The notes: generated by a model from the letters alone, not told the origin. DNA of 37,250 bases from an uncultured Bacilli bacterium (GCA_947591575.1 CANQDI010000002.1:1-37250), one strand, 5' to 3'. Shown: positions 17,061 to 28,928, counted from the first letter of the stretch. Made by a program: numbers and translations.

Positions 17061-18011
17061 CTAATCGTCTTCTCTTAGGACAAGTCCTAATTCTCTAATT
17101 TTATCAAGGACTTCTTTCAATGATTTCTTTCCTAAGTTGCGAATCTTCATCATATCATTTTCACTCTTATTAACCAAATCTTGAAGGGTATGGATACCAG
17201 CTCTTTTCAAACAGTTATATGCACGAACAGAAAAATCTAAGTCTTCAATAGAAGTTTCCAATGCCTTTACCTTTGGATCTTCTGTTTTTTCAATCATCAT
17301 ACCACTTACATCAGCAATTGTACTTAAATTGGTCAATAATGAGAAATGCTCGATTAAGATACGAGAAGCAAGCGCCATTGCTTCTTCTGGTTTAATAGAA
17401 CCATTTGTAGTAACTTCCATAATTAATTTATCGTAGTTTTCATTTTGTCCAACACGTGCTGGCTCTACTGCATAAGAAACAAGTTCAATAGGTGAATAAG
17501 ATGTATCCATAGCAATGACCCCTACCTTTTTATTATCTAATAAGCGCTTATTTTCTTCACTTCTTACATAACCACGGCCATTGGTAACAGTCATTTCCAT
17601 ATCAAGTTTTCCACCTTTAGCAAGTGTTGCGATTACATGATCTTTATTGATGATTTCAACATCTGCATCAGTTTCAATATCTCCTGCTGTTACAACACCC
17701 TCTTTAGAAGCTGATAAACGAATCGTTTTTGCTTCCTCGGCATGATTCTTAATAACAACACCTTTTAAATTTAAGATGATGGTTGTAACATCTTCTATAA
17801 CACCATCAAGTGTTTGAAATTCATGAAGAGCTCCTTCAATTTTAACACTTGAGATGGCACTACCAGGAAGAGAAGAGAGCATCACACGACGAAGTGCATT
17901 TCCAAGTGTAATACCAAATCCTCTTTCTAGTGGTTCTAATTCAAATTTTCCATAAAAATTATTTTCTACATAATCTGTAATTTTATAAACTGGTTTTTCA
18001 AATTGTAACAT
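17061..18011 (-). CDS. rpoA: DNA-directed RNA polymerase alpha subunit
   Basis: 316 aa. N-terminal domain ([15 protein letters not shown]) and C-terminal domain ([19 protein letters not shown]). Confidence 0.97.
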   Translation of the reverse strand: MLQFEKPVYKITDYVENNFYGKFELEPLERGFGITLGNALRRVMLSSLPGSAISSVKIEGALHEFQTLDGVIEDVTTIILNLKGVVIKNHAEEAKTIRLSASKEGVVTAGDIETDADVEIINKDHVIATLAKGGKLDMEMTVTNGRGYVRSEENKRLLDNKKVGVIAMDTSYSPIELVSYAVEPARVGQNENYDKLIMEVTTNGSIKPEEAMALASRILIEHFSLLTNLSTIADVSGMMIEKTEDPKVKALETSIEDLDFSVRAYNCLKRAGIHTLQDLVNKSENDMMKIRNLGKKSLKEVLDKIRELGLVLREDD

Positions 18012-18033
18012 GAAACTAACCTCCCTTTATGAA

Positions 18034-18417
18034 TTACCCTCTTGGGCGTTTTGGTGGACGACATCCATTATGTGGAATTGGAGTAACATCATTAATTGCT
18101 GTTACTTCAAGTCCAGCTGTCTGTAAAGATCTAATTGCTGTTTCACGTCCAGGTCCTAATCCTTTAACAAATACTTCTACTTTACGCATACCAAGATCAA
18201 ATGCTGCTTTTCCTGCACTTTCAGCAGCCATTCCTGCAGCAAATGGAGTAGATTTTTTACTACCTTTAAATCCAATTGCACCACTGGAAGCCCAGCTAAT
18301 TGTATTTCCTTCTTTATCTGTAATAGTCGTGATTGTATTGTTAAATGTAGAATGGATATGTGCAATACCTTCAGGTACGTTCTTTTTCACTTTTCTTTTT
18401 CTTGTTTTATAAGCCAT
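18034..18417 (-). CDS. rpsK: 30S ribosomal protein S11
   Basis: 127 aa, [18 protein letters not shown]. Confidence 0.97.
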   Translation of the reverse strand: MAYKTRKRKVKKNVPEGIAHIHSTFNNTITTITDKEGNTISWASSGAIGFKGSKKSTPFAAGMAAESAGKAAFDLGMRKVEVFVKGLGPGRETAIRSLQTAGLEVTAINDVTPIPHNGCRPPKRPRG

Positions 18418-18436
18418 ACTTTAACCTCCTTCTCGA

Positions 18437-18805
18437 CTAAACTTTCTTCTTATTTGCAACGACTTTTCCGCGACCCTTACGAGTACGAGCGTTACGATTT
18501 GTTCTTTGGCCTCTTACAGGTAGCCCTCTTTTATGACGAGTTCCTTGATAAGAATTAATTTCCATTTTTGTCTTGATATTCATACTTACTTCACGGCGTA
18601 AATCACCTTCTGTAAGATATTTCCCTACTTCATCACGAAGACGAACCTGTTCTTCTTGAGTAAGTTCTCCAGCTTTCTTTTCTGGATCTACTTTTGCATC
18701 ACGACAAATAGTTTTTGCTAAACTACGTCCAATTCCATGAATACTTGTAAGTGCAATACAAGTATGTTTTTCATTTGGAATATCTACACCTTTAATTCGT
18801 GCCAC
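18437..18805 (-). CDS. rpsM: 30S ribosomal protein S13
   Basis: 122 aa, [10 protein letters not shown]...GIGRSLA. Confidence 0.97.
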   Translation of the reverse strand: MARIKGVDIPNEKHTCIALTSIHGIGRSLAKTICRDAKVDPEKKAGELTQEEQVRLRDEVGKYLTEGDLRREVSMNIKTKMEINSYQGTRHKRGLPVRGQRTNRNARTRKGRGKVVANKKKV

Positions 18806-18820
18806 TTTCTATACCTCCCT

Positions 18821-18934
18821 TTAACCTTGTCTTTGTTTGTGTTTTGGATTTTCACAAATAATACGGATTGTACCTTTTCTTTTAATTATCTTGCATTTTT
18901 CACAAATTGGTTTTACGCTTGATCTTACTTTCAT
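18821..18934 (-). CDS. rpmJ: 50S ribosomal protein L36 (not in the ORF track)
   Basis: Hand translation gives [37 protein letters not shown] (37 aa), with a CxxC...C...H Zn motif. Lies between infA and rpsM, as expected. Confidence 0.95.
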   Translation of the reverse strand: MKVRSSVKPICEKCKIIKRKGTIRIICENPKHKQRQG

Positions 18935-18948
18935 ATTTTATCTTCCTT

Positions 18949-19164
18949 TCATTTACGATAGGTAATACGCCCACGTGTTAAGTCGTATGGAGATAATTCT
19001 ATCATGACCGTATCACCTGGTAGAATGCGAATGTAATTCATTCGTATTTTACCAGAAACGTGAGCTTCTACAATGTGTTTGTTTTCTAATTCTACTTTAA
19101 ATTTTCCACCTGGAATAATTTCAAGTACTTTTCCTTCTACTTCAATCACATCATCTTTAGCCAT
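18949..19164 (-). CDS. infA: Translation initiation factor IF-1
   Basis: 71 aa, [13 protein letters not shown]...GRITYRK. Ends in a TGA stop. Confidence 0.97.
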   Translation of the reverse strand: MAKDDVIEVEGKVLEIIPGGKFKVELENKHIVEAHVSGKIRMNYIRILPGDTVMIELSPYDLTRGRITYRK

Positions 19165-19168
19165 CTTT

Positions 19169-19918
19169 TCACTCTCCTGTTAGTATTTCGCATCCATCAT
19201 CCGTAACAACAACAGTATGTTCAAAATGAGCAGATGCTTGATTGTCATCTGTAATAACTGTCCAGTCATTATTACTATCAATATAAATATCTGGACTTCC
19301 TAAAGTCAACATTGGTTCTACGGCAATAACCATTCCCTTACGAAGACGAGGACCTGTATTACTTTTCCCATAATTTGGAACATCCGGATCTTCATGAACA
19401 TTTGTCCCAACACCATGTCCTACTAATTCTTTGACAACACCTAGATGATAATTTAAAGCATACTTTTCGATCGCTTCACCAATATCACCAATATGACCAT
19501 CTTTATGAATAGCTTTAAGTCCTTCATACAAAGCTTGTTCTGTGTGTTCAAGAAGTGCTTTCTTTTCTTTATTGATTTCTCCTACTGGATAAGTCCATGC
19601 TGAATCACCATGATAGCCTTGATAACAAGCACCAATATCAATTGATACAATGTCACCATTTTGTAATTGATAATCACTTGGAATTCCATGAACTACTTCT
19701 TCATTTACACTGATACATAAAGCACAGGGAAAACCTTCATACCCTTTAAAAGAAGGCGTTGCTCCTTGACTTCGAATAAACTCTTCTCCTAACCGATCCA
19801 ACTCACGAGTTGTAATGCCTTCTCGAATAAAGGGTTTCAAATATTGATGAGTATCATACACAATTTTTCCAGCTTTTCGAAGAAGAGCAATTTCACGATC
19901 ACTTTTAATCGTTATCAT
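19169..19918 (-). CDS. map: Methionine aminopeptidase type I
   Basis: 249 aa counted from [17 protein letters not shown], with a GGAGGG RBS 6 nt upstream. Metal-ligand context is [25 protein letters not shown] and HFEHTV. The longer ORF-track start is an over-extension into adk. Confidence 0.93.
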   Translation of the reverse strand: MITIKSDREIALLRKAGKIVYDTHQYLKPFIREGITTRELDRLGEEFIRSQGATPSFKGYEGFPCALCISVNEEVVHGIPSDYQLQNGDIVSIDIGACYQGYHGDSAWTYPVGEINKEKKALLEHTEQALYEGLKAIHKDGHIGDIGEAIEKYALNYHLGVVKELVGHGVGTNVHEDPDVPNYGKSNTGPRLRKGMVIAVEPMLTLGSPDIYIDSNNDWTVITDDNQASAHFEHTVVVTDDGCEILTGE

Positions 19919-20573
19919 AGTATCCCTCCAAAACCATTGCAATTCTTTTGAATACTTCTTCAATAGAAAGATTTCCATCAATCTGATATAAGATATGCTT
20001 ATTCTTATAGTATTCTAAAAGAGGCCCTGTTTTTTCAAGATAAACTTGATAACGATTTTGAAATGACTCTAAATTATCATCATTTCTTTGATAAAGATTA
20101 CCGCCACAAAGATCACAAGTTGATTCAATTTCTGGAAGCTCACTTGGAACATTAATGTTATAAATAGCTCCACAATCTTCACAGACACGTCTTCCTGTAA
20201 TTCTTTTTGCAAGTAATTTTTCATCAATTTCTAACGATATCACATATCCAAGTTCTTGTCCCAAACGCTTTAATATTTCATCATACTTCTTGGCTTGTTC
20301 CACATTTCTTGGAAAGCCATCTAGAATATATCCATTTTGACAATCTTTTTCATGTAATCTTTTTTCAAGTAAAGTGTACATAATATCATCTTTGACAAGA
20401 CCTCCACTTGAAATAGTTTCTAATACATATTCACCTATTTCACTATCTTCTTTCATCACTTCTCGTAAAATATCACCTGTTGAAATGTGTGGAATATGAT
20501 ATTTTTCTGAAACAAGATTGGATTGTGTTCCTTTCCCCGCAGCCGGGGGTGCTATAAATATGATATTTTTCAT
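19905..20573 (-). CDS. adk: Adenylate kinase (Zn-lid type)
   Basis: 222 aa. P-loop APPAAGKGTQ. Lid CEDCG...CDLCGG. Confidence 0.95.
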   Translation of the reverse strand: MKNIIFIAPPAAGKGTQSNLVSEKYHIPHISTGDILREVMKEDSEIGEYVLETISSGGLVKDDIMYTLLEKRLHEKDCQNGYILDGFPRNVEQAKKYDEILKRLGQELGYVISLEIDEKLLAKRITGRRVCEDCGAIYNINVPSELPEIESTCDLCGGNLYQRNDDNLESFQNRYQVYLEKTGPLLEYYKNKHILYQIDGNLSIEEVFKRIAMVLEGYYDND

Positions 20574-21835
20574 CTTCTCTTATAACCCTTTTTATAATTT
20601 CTTGATAATAAACTTCCTTCTAATTGTTTATATGTCTCAAGTGCTACTCCGACAACAATCAAAAGTCCTGTTCCACCAATTGATACCGTTGTTGGCAAAT
20701 TAGTAAAACTAGAAAATAATATTGGAAGTCCTGCAATCACAACCAGGAAAGCTCCTCCTAAAACAGTCAATCTCATAAGAACCTTACTCAAATATTTCTT
20801 AGTATCGTTTCCTGGACGAATTCCTGGAATATAACCTCCATTTTCTTGTAAATTTTTCGCAAATTCTTCTGGTTTTAAGTACATAAATGTATAAAAATAA
20901 CCAAATAAGAAAATAAAGATTGCATAAAGGATAAATCCTACTGGCGTTGTATATGTCAAATATTTTTCCACAAATAAGGTAAATCCTTCTTTATTAATTA
21001 CTTGAGCAATAATTCCGGGAACTGAAATCAAACTTGATGCAAAAATCACGGGAATCACACCTGCTGCATTTACTTTTATAGGCATAAAACTTGTAGCTTG
21101 CCCATAAGCATTTGTTGATTTATTTGCATATTGGATAGGAATTCTTCTTTCAGCTTCTTGTACATAGATGACTCCAATGACAATAAAGAAATAAAGAAGA
21201 ACAAAACCGATAAATTTAATAATTCCAAAAGTAATTGTCTGTGTTGTATCAAAAACGACTAATCCATTAAATGCATCAATAAACATTTGTGGAAGAGTTG
21301 CAATGATACCAGCCATAATAATTAAACTTAGACCATTTCCAATTCCCTTTTGTGTCACTTGGTCTCCTAACCAAAGCAAAAAGGCTGTACCAGCTGTTAA
21401 GACCGTTGATATATATAAGTATTCCTTAGGACTTGCTGTATTGCCAAGGAAAAGAAATGAAAAGGCATAGCCCTCAATAAAGGCAAATAAAAGTCCTAAA
21501 AATCTTGAAATTTGATTTATTTTTTGTCTTCCAACATAACCTTGTTTACTCATCTCCTGAACAGATGGAACAATTTCCTGTAAAAGCTGCATAACAATCG
21601 TTGCTGTAATATAAGGCATTACACCTAAAGCAAAGATTGAAAAACGTTTTAAGGCTCCACCACCCATTGAGTTCAAAAGTTCTAGAAATCCAAGGTTGCT
21701 CGTAACATCTTGTGTTCCTGGAATTCGAATTCCAGTTCCAATAATAAAGATGGCAAGAGCAATCAGAGTAAAGCGAATTCGCTTCCTTAAATCTTTATTC
21801 GTAGGAGCGAATATTTGCTTTAGTGTAGAAAACAT
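20570..21835 (-). CDS. secY: Preprotein translocase subunit SecY
   Basis: 421 aa polytopic membrane protein in the canonical position after rplO. Confidence 0.95.
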   Translation of the reverse strand: MFSTLKQIFAPTNKDLRKRIRFTLIALAIFIIGTGIRIPGTQDVTSNLGFLELLNSMGGGALKRFSIFALGVMPYITATIVMQLLQEIVPSVQEMSKQGYVGRQKINQISRFLGLLFAFIEGYAFSFLFLGNTASPKEYLYISTVLTAGTAFLLWLGDQVTQKGIGNGLSLIIMAGIIATLPQMFIDAFNGLVVFDTTQTITFGIIKFIGFVLLYFFIVIGVIYVQEAERRIPIQYANKSTNAYGQATSFMPIKVNAAGVIPVIFASSLISVPGIIAQVINKEGFTLFVEKYLTYTTPVGFILYAIFIFLFGYFYTFMYLKPEEFAKNLQENGGYIPGIRPGNDTKKYLSKVLMRLTVLGGAFLVVIAGLPILFSSFTNLPTTVSIGGTGLLIVVGVALETYKQLEGSLLSRNYKKGYKRR

Positions 21836-21836
21836 C

Positions 21837-22280
21837 TTAGATCACCTCAGCTTTGCTTCCGCTCTCTTTAATCTTTTCTAATGCACTTGCTGAAAATTGA
21901 TGAGCTTGAATCGTTACTTTTTTTTCTAAAGTTCCTTTTCCAAGTACCTTAATTCCAGAAAGTTGTTTTTTTACAATACCAGCTTCTTTTAATAAAGCAG
22001 GTGTAATAACTGTTCCATTTTCAAAACGGTTTAAATCGCAAACATTAATAACTGCATATTCCTTTTTGAAAATAGCATTACTAAATCCTCTCTTTGGTAG
22101 TCTACGATAAAGTGGTAATTGTCCACCTTCAAACACTGGATTTACTCCACCGCCACTACGCGCATTTTGTCCTTTTTGCCCTTTTCCACTTGTTTTTCCT
22201 AAACCACTACCTGGTCCACGTCCTACACGACGACGTTCTTGTTTAGCTCCAGGATTTTTTTCTAATTCATGTAATTTCAT
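21837..22280 (-). CDS. rplO: 50S ribosomal protein L15
   Basis: 147 aa, Gly/Lys-rich N-terminus ([19 protein letters not shown]). Confidence 0.96.
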   Translation of the reverse strand: MKLHELEKNPGAKQERRRVGRGPGSGLGKTSGKGQKGQNARSGGGVNPVFEGGQLPLYRRLPKRGFSNAIFKKEYAVINVCDLNRFENGTVITPALLKEAGIVKKQLSGIKVLGKGTLEKKVTIQAHQFSASALEKIKESGSKAEVI

Positions 22281-22786
22281 TATCCTAAAATCTCCTCTTT
22301 TGTTTTTCCACGAAGACGGGCAACTTCTTCAGGGGTTTTAATTGATTTAAGTGCATTTAATGTTGCAGTAGCCATATTAATTTTGGTTCTAGCACCAAGT
22401 GATTTTGATACAATATCACGAATTCCTGCCAATTCCAAAATAGCTCGAACACTACCACCTGCGATGACTCCAGCACCAGCTTTAGCAGGTTTTACAATTA
22501 CACGTGCAGCACCACTTCTTCCAGTTGCTTCATGTGCAATTGTTCTTCCATCAATAAGAGAGATTTTAATAACATTTTTCTCGGCATCTTGAATAGCCTT
22601 TTTGATGGCATCAGGTACTTCGGCTGCTTTACCGATTCCTAAGCCAACACGTCCTTTTCTATCCCCAATCACAACAACTGCTTGGAATCTACGTTGACGT
22701 CCACCTTTGTTAACCTTAACAACACTTTTAATTTCAACGACTAATTCTTCAAATTGTTTTTCTTTGGGGCTCATGTTCTTTTGCAT
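22280..22786 (-). CDS. rpsE: 30S ribosomal protein S5
   Basis: 168 aa, [21 protein letters not shown]. Its stop overlaps the rplO ATG (TAATG). Confidence 0.96.
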   Translation of the reverse strand: MQKNMSPKEKQFEELVVEIKSVVKVNKGGRQRRFQAVVVIGDRKGRVGLGIGKAAEVPDAIKKAIQDAEKNVIKISLIDGRTIAHEATGRSGAARVIVKPAKAGAGVIAGGSVRAILELAGIRDIVSKSLGARTKINMATATLNALKSIKTPEEVARLRGKTKEEILG

Positions 22787-22797
22787 AATACCCTCCT

Positions 22798-23160
22798 TTA
22801 GAACTCTAATCCATTTTCACGTGCTGCGTCTGCCAACGCCTTAACACGTCCATGATAAAGATATCCACCTCTATCAAATACAACCTTTGTAATGCCAGCT
22901 TCCTTAGCGCGTTTTGCAACTAATTCACCAACTTTACTTGCTGCTTCTACATTACTTCCATTTTTAAGGTTTAACTCTTTGTCTAATGAGGAAGCAGAAC
23001 AAATGGTTTTTTTATGGTCATCATCAATGATTTGTGCATAAATTCCTGTATTAGAACGAAATACATTAAGTCTTGGTGAACTTTCAGTTCCATGCATATG
23101 ACGTCTAATTCTTTCATGACGAACAAGTCGCATACTATTCTTTGATTTTTTACTAATCAT
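22798..23160 (-). CDS. rplR: 50S ribosomal protein L18
   Basis: 120 aa, [18 protein letters not shown]...[16 protein letters not shown]. Confidence 0.96.
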   Translation of the reverse strand: MISKKSKNSMRLVRHERIRRHMHGTESSPRLNVFRSNTGIYAQIIDDDHKKTICSASSLDKELNLKNGSNVEAASKVGELVAKRAKEAGITKVVFDRGGYLYHGRVKALADAARENGLEF

Positions 23161-23180
23161 ATTCTTTTCTCCTTCCTACC

Positions 23181-23711
23181 TTAAGCAGCTTTCTTTCCTT
23201 CTTTACGTCTAATATGTTCATCTTTATAACGAATTCCTTTACCTTTATATGGCTCAGGTTTTCTTACTTTTCGAACATTCGCAGCAAATTCTCCAACAAG
23301 TACTTTGTCAATTCCTTTGATAGTAATCTCTGTATTACTAGGAGATTCTACAGTCAATCCTTCTGGGATTTGTAGTTCTACAGGATGTGAATATCCAGCA
23401 TGAATTACAAGTTGCTTTCCTTGCACATTGAAACGATATCCAACACCAACAATTTCAAGGCTTTTTTCATAACCTTTTGTAACACCTGTAACCATATTTT
23501 GAAGAAGTGCATTCATCGTTCCATGCATTGCTTTCGCTGCGTCGTTAACTCTTTCAAGAGTAATTTCATTTCCCTCTTGTTTCATACTAATACCTTTTAG
23601 CATTACTTGAGACAAGCTTCCCTTTGGGCCCGTTACTTTCACAATGTTATCAACTAATTCTACTGTAACGCCTGTGGGAACTTCAATTTTACGATATCCT
23701 ATACGGCTCAT
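23181..23711 (-). CDS. rplF: 50S ribosomal protein L6
   Basis: 176 aa, MSRIGYRKIEVPTGV...PEPYKGKGIRY. Confidence 0.96.
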   Translation of the reverse strand: MSRIGYRKIEVPTGVTVELVDNIVKVTGPKGSLSQVMLKGISMKQEGNEITLERVNDAAKAMHGTMNALLQNMVTGVTKGYEKSLEIVGVGYRFNVQGKQLVIHAGYSHPVELQIPEGLTVESPSNTEITIKGIDKVLVGEFAANVRKVRKPEPYKGKGIRYKDEHIRRKEGKKAA

Positions 23712-23729
23712 TTTGCCACCTCCTTTAAA

Positions 23730-24131
23730 TTACCAAATATAAGCAAGTACTTCTCCACCTATATTTTGTTTGCGAGCTTCTTTATCTGTCATAATACCTT
23801 TGGATGTTGAAAGAATAGCAATTCCAAGTCCATTTAATACTTTTGGAATTTCTGTATTCTTAGCATAAACACGAAGACCAGGTTTAGAAATTCTTTTAAG
23901 ACCTGTGATAACTCTTTCTTTTTTATCACCATATTTTAAGGTTAAGAGAATTCTTCCTTGGGCATCAGTTTGTTCAAATTTGTAGTCTTCAATAAATCCT
24001 TCTTCTTTTAAGATTCTTGCTACTTCAAGCTTTAATTTTGAAGAAGGTACAACTACTTCAGTATAACGCATTTGATTTGCATTTCTAATACGTGTCAACA
24101 TATCTGCAATGGTATCCGTTACTACAGCCAT
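23730..24131 (-). CDS. rpsH: 30S ribosomal protein S8
   Basis: 133 aa, [14 protein letters not shown]...GGEVLAYIW. Confidence 0.96.
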   Translation of the reverse strand: MAVVTDTIADMLTRIRNANQMRYTEVVVPSSKLKLEVARILKEEGFIEDYKFEQTDAQGRILLTLKYGDKKERVITGLKRISKPGLRVYAKNTEIPKVLNGLGIAILSTSKGIMTDKEARKQNIGGEVLAYIW

Positions 24132-24150
24132 CTTTTGTTTCTCCTTTCTT

Positions 24151-24336
24151 CTACCAGCTTGATTTTTTAATTCCTGGTATTTGTCCTTTATAAGCTAATT
24201 CGCGAAAACATATACGACAAATTCCAAACTTACTCATTACAGCATGTGGTCGTCCACATCTAGCACAACGAGTATAAGCACGTACTTTGTATTTTGGTTC
24301 ACGATTTGCTTTTACAATCATACTTTTTTTTGCCAT
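24151..24336 (-). CDS. rpsZ: 30S ribosomal protein S14, type Z (zinc-binding)
   Basis: 61 aa counted from MAKKSMIVK. Zn motif CARCGRP...CRIC. The ORF-track start is an over-extension. Confidence 0.95.
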   Translation of the reverse strand: MAKKSMIVKANREPKYKVRAYTRCARCGRPHAVMSKFGICRICFRELAYKGQIPGIKKSSW

Positions 24337-24349
24337 TTTTACCCTCCAA

Positions 24350-24889
24350 TTACTTTCTAAAAGGAATTCCAAGTCCTGCTAATAAGTCATGAGCTTCTTC
24401 ATTTGTTTTCGCAGTGGTTACGAAGATAATATCCATACCACGTACTTTTACAATATCATCATAATCAATTTCAGAGAAAATTAATTGTTCTTTAATTCCC
24501 ATAGTATAATTTCCACGTCCATCAAATGCTTTTGGGCTAACTCCACGAAAATCACGTACACGTGGAAGTGCAATCGCAATTAACTTATCTAGGAATATAT
24601 ACATATTTTCTCCACGAAGTGTTACTTTACATCCAATTGCTTGCCCTTCTCTTACTTTAAATCCTGCGATTGATTTTTTTGCTTTTGTAATAATAGGCCT
24701 TTGTCCTGCAATTTTAGTAAGATCTTCTAAAGCTGCATCTAATAACTTTGAATTACTAGTTGCATCTCCTACACCCATATTAATGACAATTTTTTCAAGT
24801 TTTGGTACTTCCATAATTGACTTATATTGATATTTTTCTTGTAAACTTGGAACAACTTCTTGTAAGTATTTTTCTTTTAGGCGGTTCAT
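24350..24889 (-). CDS. rplE: 50S ribosomal protein L5
   Basis: 179 aa, MNRLKEKY...NMGVGDA. Confidence 0.96.
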   Translation of the reverse strand: MNRLKEKYLQEVVPSLQEKYQYKSIMEVPKLEKIVINMGVGDATSNSKLLDAALEDLTKIAGQRPIITKAKKSIAGFKVREGQAIGCKVTLRGENMYIFLDKLIAIALPRVRDFRGVSPKAFDGRGNYTMGIKEQLIFSEIDYDDIVKVRGMDIIFVTTAKTNEEAHDLLAGLGIPFRK

Positions 24890-24907
24890 TAAAATACCCT
24901 CCTTCCA

Positions 24908-25213
24908 TTAATCAAGCTTAGCGTTTGATTTTTTACTAATTCTTATTTTTTTATCTTTTTCGGTTGTATATCCAACACGCGTTCCCTTTTTAGTTTTCGG
25001 ATCAACAATCATAACATTGGATACATGAATTGGCGCTTCTATTTCTAAGATACCACCAGTTTCTTGTCCATTTCCTTTTTGGTGTTTTTTTACAATATGA
25101 ACACCTTCTACGATGACTTTTTCTTCGTTTCTTAAGGTTTTGATGATTTTTCCTTCTTTTCCTTTATCAGCGCCAGATATAACAACTACTTTATCTCCAA
25201 CTTTTAATTTCAT
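24908..25213 (-). CDS. rplX: 50S ribosomal protein L24
   Basis: 101 aa counted from MKLKVGDKVVVISGADKGKEG (KOW motif). AGGAGG lies 5 nt upstream of the second ATG. Confidence 0.93.
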   Translation of the reverse strand: MKLKVGDKVVVISGADKGKEGKIIKTLRNEEKVIVEGVHIVKKHQKGNGQETGGILEIEAPIHVSNVMIVDPKTKKGTRVGYTTEKDKKIRISKKSNAKLD

Positions 25214-25223
25214 CATATCCTCC

Positions 25224-25592
25224 TTATAGTACTTCTTTCGCAAGTGATACTATTTTCATATAATCTTTCTCACGAAGTTCACGTGCAACTGGACCAAAAA
25301 TACGTGTTCCAATTGGACTTTTGTCATCACGAATAATCACACAAGCATTATCATCAAATTTGATGTAACTTCCGTCTTCACGTCTAACACCTTGTTTAGA
25401 ACGTACAATGACTGCTTTTACAACTTTTCCTTTTTTCACAGATGAATTTGGAATTGCATTCTTTACGGTTGCTACAACAACATCACCAATATTTGCTGTT
25501 TTTCGATGACTTCCTCCAAGACAACGAATGACAAGTACTTCACGTGCACCAGAGTTATCAGCAACTTTTAATCTAGTTTCTTGTTGTACCAT
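25224..25592 (-). CDS. rplN: 50S ribosomal protein L14
   Basis: 122 aa, [19 protein letters not shown]. Confidence 0.97.
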   Translation of the reverse strand: MVQQETRLKVADNSGAREVLVIRCLGGSHRKTANIGDVVVATVKNAIPNSSVKKGKVVKAVIVRSKQGVRREDGSYIKFDDNACVIIRDDKSPIGTRIFGPVARELREKDYMKIVSLAKEVL

Positions 25593-25618
25593 AGATTTTT
25601 TCCTCCTTTACTTAAGAG

Positions 25619-25876
25619 TTATAGAATAACTGCTTCTTTTACAATTTCTTTTAAATAGAAATGTTTTGTTTTTGAAATTGGACGTGTTTCAACAATACGC
25701 ACAACATCGCCAACTTTTGCTTTATTCGTCTCATCATGAACACTATATTTTTTAGAAGATTTTACTCTTTTATGATATAGTGGATGCATTTTATAAGTTT
25801 CTACTAAAACAGTAATTGTTTTATTATTTTTTGAACTTACAACTGTTCCTGTTAATTCACGACTTTTCTTCTCCAT
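25619..25876 (-). CDS. rpsQ: 30S ribosomal protein S17
   Basis: 85 aa, [19 protein letters not shown]...HDE. Confidence 0.96.
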   Translation of the reverse strand: MEKKSRELTGTVVSSKNNKTITVLVETYKMHPLYHKRVKSSKKYSVHDETNKAKVGDVVRIVETRPISKTKHFYLKEIVKEAVIL

Positions 25877-25888
25877 AAGATCCTCCTA

Positions 25889-26080
25889 TTATGCCTCTTC
25901 ACGTTCTTTAAGAACGGTTTTTAATCTTGCAACGGTGTGTCTTAAGTCTCTTAGTCTTGAAGGCTTTTCTAGGTTTCCAGTTGCTTGTTGAAAACGTAGG
26001 TTAAATAGTTCTTCTTTACATTCTTTTAATTTTGCATAAATCTCTTCAGTTGTCATTTCTCTAATTTCTTTCACCTTCAT
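25889..26080 (-). CDS. rpmC: 50S ribosomal protein L29
   Basis: 63 aa, [17 protein letters not shown]. Confidence 0.95.
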   Translation of the reverse strand: MKVKEIREMTTEEIYAKLKECKEELFNLRFQQATGNLEKPSRLRDLRHTVARLKTVLKEREEA

Positions 26081-26502
26081 TACTTTTCACCACCAGTTTC
26101 TCTTTTTACAAATTTACACTTAATTGGTAACTTGTGACTAGCAAGGCGTAATGCTTCACGAGCAACTTCTTCAGTAACTCCTGCCACTTCAAACATGATT
26201 TTACCTTCTTTTACTACAGCAACCCATCCTTCAACGCTACCTTTACCTTTACCTTGACGAGTACCAATTGGTTTTGCAGTAAGTGGTAAGTGTGGGAATA
26301 TATTAATCCATACTTTTCCACCACGTTTCATATAACGAGTCATTGCAACACGAGCGGCTTCAATCTGATTTGCAGTAATCCAAGCACCTTCTTTTGCTTG
26401 TAATCCATATTCACCAAAGTGTAATTCTAGATTTCCTTTTGCTTTTCCTTCATAAGGAAGTCTGTGTACACGACGATATTTTGTTCTTGATGGAATTAAC
26501 AT
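26080..26502 (-). CDS. rplP: 50S ribosomal protein L16
   Basis: 140 aa, [14 protein letters not shown]. Confidence 0.97.
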   Translation of the reverse strand: MLIPSRTKYRRVHRLPYEGKAKGNLELHFGEYGLQAKEGAWITANQIEAARVAMTRYMKRGGKVWINIFPHLPLTAKPIGTRQGKGKGSVEGWVAVVKEGKIMFEVAGVTEEVAREALRLASHKLPIKCKFVKRETGGEK

Positions 26503-26504
26503 GT

Positions 26505-27158
26505 TTACTTACCTCCTTTACCTTTTTTAGAAGGAAGAATTTCACCTTTGTAAATCCATACCTTAACTCCAATTTTTCCAAATGTTGTATCTGCTTCACT
26601 TGCTGCATAATCAACATCTGCACGAAGTGTATGTAGAGGAATAGTTCCTTCTGTATAACCTTCGCTTCTTGCCATATCAGCACCACCTAAACGTCCTGAT
26701 ACTTGTGTTTTAATTCCCTTTGCTCCTGCCTTCATAGCATTTCGAATTGCACGTTTTTGTGCCATTCTAAATGATGCACGATTTGTAATTTGATTAGCAA
26801 TGGAATCTGCTACAAGTTGTGCGTTTATATCGGCCTTTTTGATATCAGCAATGGTAATTTGTACAGGTTCACCTGCAACTTTTGAAAGACTCTTCTTTAA
26901 TTTTTCAATTTCTTCACCACCACGGCCAATCATGACACCTGGTTTAGAAGTATGAACAATCACTTCACATTTCTTAGAAGTTCTTTCAATTTCGACTTTT
27001 GCAATACCAGCACTTTTTAAATTTTCACTTAAATACTTACGGATTTTTAAATCACGATCAAGCATGGTAGAAAAATCTTTTTTGTTGGCATACCATTTTG
27101 CTTCCCAGTCTTTATTGATACCAAGTCTAAGTCCATTTGGACTAACCTTTTGTCCCAT
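26505..27158 (-). CDS. rpsC: 30S ribosomal protein S3
   Basis: 217 aa, [18 protein letters not shown]. Confidence 0.97.
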   Translation of the reverse strand: MGQKVSPNGLRLGINKDWEAKWYANKKDFSTMLDRDLKIRKYLSENLKSAGIAKVEIERTSKKCEVIVHTSKPGVMIGRGGEEIEKLKKSLSKVAGEPVQITIADIKKADINAQLVADSIANQITNRASFRMAQKRAIRNAMKAGAKGIKTQVSGRLGGADMARSEGYTEGTIPLHTLRADVDYAASEADTTFGKIGVKVWIYKGEILPSKKGKGGK

Positions 27159-27174
27159 AAGTTTCCTCCTTCAG

Positions 27175-27507
27175 TTATTTACTTGCCACTGTAATAATAA
27201 TGTGACTAGTTCTTTTATCTTTGTGTCCGATACGTCCACGAGAATCAAATAAAACTCTCTTCATCACTGGACCTGCGTCCACTCTTGCTTCTTTTACATA
27301 TAAAGTGTTGATATCAGCTTGCTGATTATTGACTGCATTTGCGATAGCTGAATCTAGTACTTTCTTTGTAAGCCTTGCTGGCTTTTTGTTCATATTACTT
27401 AAAATATTTTGTGCATCACTTACTTTTTTTCCACGAATTAAATCAACGACTAAACGTGTTTTAATGGGAGAAACTCGAAGTGATTTTGCGATAGCTTTTG
27501 CTTCCAT
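27175..27507 (-). CDS. rplV: 50S ribosomal protein L22
   Basis: 110 aa, LRVSPIKTRLVVDLIRGK. Confidence 0.96.
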   Translation of the reverse strand: MEAKAIAKSLRVSPIKTRLVVDLIRGKKVSDAQNILSNMNKKPARLTKKVLDSAIANAVNNQQADINTLYVKEARVDAGPVMKRVLFDSRGRIGHKDKRTSHIIITVASK

Positions 27508-27522
27508 TTAATTTCCTCCCTC

Positions 27523-27792
27523 TTATTTTTTCTTATCTTGTCCGTGTCCACCAAATTTACGTGTTAGTGCAAATTCACCTAACTTGTGTCCAACCATATC
27601 TTCTGTTACATAAACAGGGATAAATTCACGTCCGTTATGAACAGCAAATGTATGTCCAATAAAGTCAGGATAGATGGTAGAACGTCTTGACCAAGTTTTA
27701 ATAACTTCTTTTTTTCCGCTTTTATTTAATTCTTGAACCTTTTTAAGTAATCGGTCGAATACATAAGGTCCTTTCTTTAAACTTCTTGCCAT
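27523..27792 (-). CDS. rpsS: 30S ribosomal protein S19
   Basis: 89 aa, [11 protein letters not shown]...[16 protein letters not shown]. Confidence 0.97.
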   Translation of the reverse strand: MARSLKKGPYVFDRLLKKVQELNKSGKKEVIKTWSRRSTIYPDFIGHTFAVHNGREFIPVYVTEDMVGHKLGEFALTRKFGGHGQDKKK

Positions 27793-27801
27793 AGTTCCCT
27801 C

Positions 27802-28632
27802 CTATTTACTTTCACGACGGCGAACAATAAATTTATCCGTCTTTTTATTATTACGTGTTTTAAGTCCAAGTGCTTTTTTACCCCAAGGTGTAAGTGGAGC
27901 TTTACGTCCTACTGGAGCACGTCCTTCACCACCACCATGTGGGTGATCATTAGGGTTCATAACTGAACCACGTACTGTTGGACGAATTCCCATATGACGT
28001 TTACGTCCTGCTTTTCCAAGTTTTACTAAACTTGCATCTTCGTTTCCAACTTCACCAATGGTTGCCATACAAGTACCAAGCACTTTTCTTTGCTCACCAC
28101 TTGATAAGCGAATCATAACATAATTTCCTTCACGACCAAGGATTTGTGCAGAAGTACCAGCACTTCTTGCTAGACTTCCACCTTTTCCAGGACGAAGTTC
28201 AATATTGTGAATGACTGTACCAACTGGAATATTCATAATTGGTAATGCGTTACCTACTTTGATATCTGCAGCAGCACCTGACATAATTTCCGTTCCAACT
28301 TCTAATCCTTTTGGAGCAAGAATATATCTTTTTTCTCCATCACGATAATGAATAAGTGCAATATTTGCAGTTCTGTTTGGATCATACTCAATACTTGCTA
28401 CTGTACCAGGAATATCAAATTTATTACGCTTAAAATCAATAATACGATATTTTCTTTTTGCTCCACCGCCTTGATGTCTTACAGTAATCTTTCCTTGATT
28501 ATTACGTCCTGCATTCTTTTTTGTAGTTACAACAAGACTTTTTTCTGGAGTTTTCTTTGTAATCTCGCTATTGATAAGCGTACTTTTCTTTCTTTGTCCT
28601 GGTGTAGTAGGTTTATAATTTCTAATTGCCAT
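27802..28632 (-). CDS. rplB: 50S ribosomal protein L2
   Basis: 276 aa, [18 protein letters not shown]. Confidence 0.98.
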   Translation of the reverse strand: MAIRNYKPTTPGQRKKSTLINSEITKKTPEKSLVVTTKKNAGRNNQGKITVRHQGGGAKRKYRIIDFKRNKFDIPGTVASIEYDPNRTANIALIHYRDGEKRYILAPKGLEVGTEIMSGAAADIKVGNALPIMNIPVGTVIHNIELRPGKGGSLARSAGTSAQILGREGNYVMIRLSSGEQRKVLGTCMATIGEVGNEDASLVKLGKAGRKRHMGIRPTVRGSVMNPNDHPHGGGEGRAPVGRKAPLTPWGKKALGLKTRNNKKTDKFIVRRRESK

Positions 28633-28646
28633 TTTATTTCCTCCTT

Positions 28647-28928
28647 CTAACCAAGATCAATGGTTTGTCCATCTTTTAGGGTAACAATCGCTTTTTTTGT
28701 ACGATTTGTAAGTCCACTATAACGTCCAACTCTTCTTTTCTTAGGTTTTACATTTAATGTACGAATTTCTTTTACATTGACTTTGAAAATTTTCTCAATT
28801 GCATTTTTAATTTCTGTTTTATTAGCACGAGAGTCGACTTTGAATACATATTGCCCAAGGTTTGCTCTATCTTGTGATTTTTCTGTAATCACTGGTGCTT
28901 TGATAATTTCTAAGTACTTAGTATCCAT
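28647..28928 (-). CDS. rplW: 50S ribosomal protein L23
   Basis: 93 aa, [11 protein letters not shown]...KKAIVTL. Confidence 0.95.
   Translation of the reverse strand: MDTKYLEIIKAPVITEKSQDRANLGQYVFKVDSRANKTEIKNAIEKIFKVNVKEIRTLNVKPKKRRVGRYSGLTNRTKKAIVTLKDGQTIDLG

Noticed and set aside
18029-18412. A 127 aa ORF on the plus strand, exactly antisense to rpsK. Similar antisense or shadow ORFs occur at 761-988, 1408-1590, 3173-3406, 4469-4690, 7409-7606, 10655-10912, 11916-12395, 22383-22592, 23400-23600, 26394-26686, 27064-27511, 28348-28650, 28989-29198, 29739-29981 and 30429-30684.
   Set aside because: Each lies wholly inside a strongly supported conserved gene, on the opposite strand or in another frame. 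They have low-complexity or odd composition and no RBS. They are typical mirror-frame artefacts of AT-rich coding DNA.
18949-18951. Possibility of Mollicutes-type genetic code 4 (TGA read as Trp), given the very AT-rich genome.
   Set aside because: infA ends at its normal C-terminus with TGA. Trp residues in conserved proteins are encoded by TGG. All conserved genes are full length under code 11.
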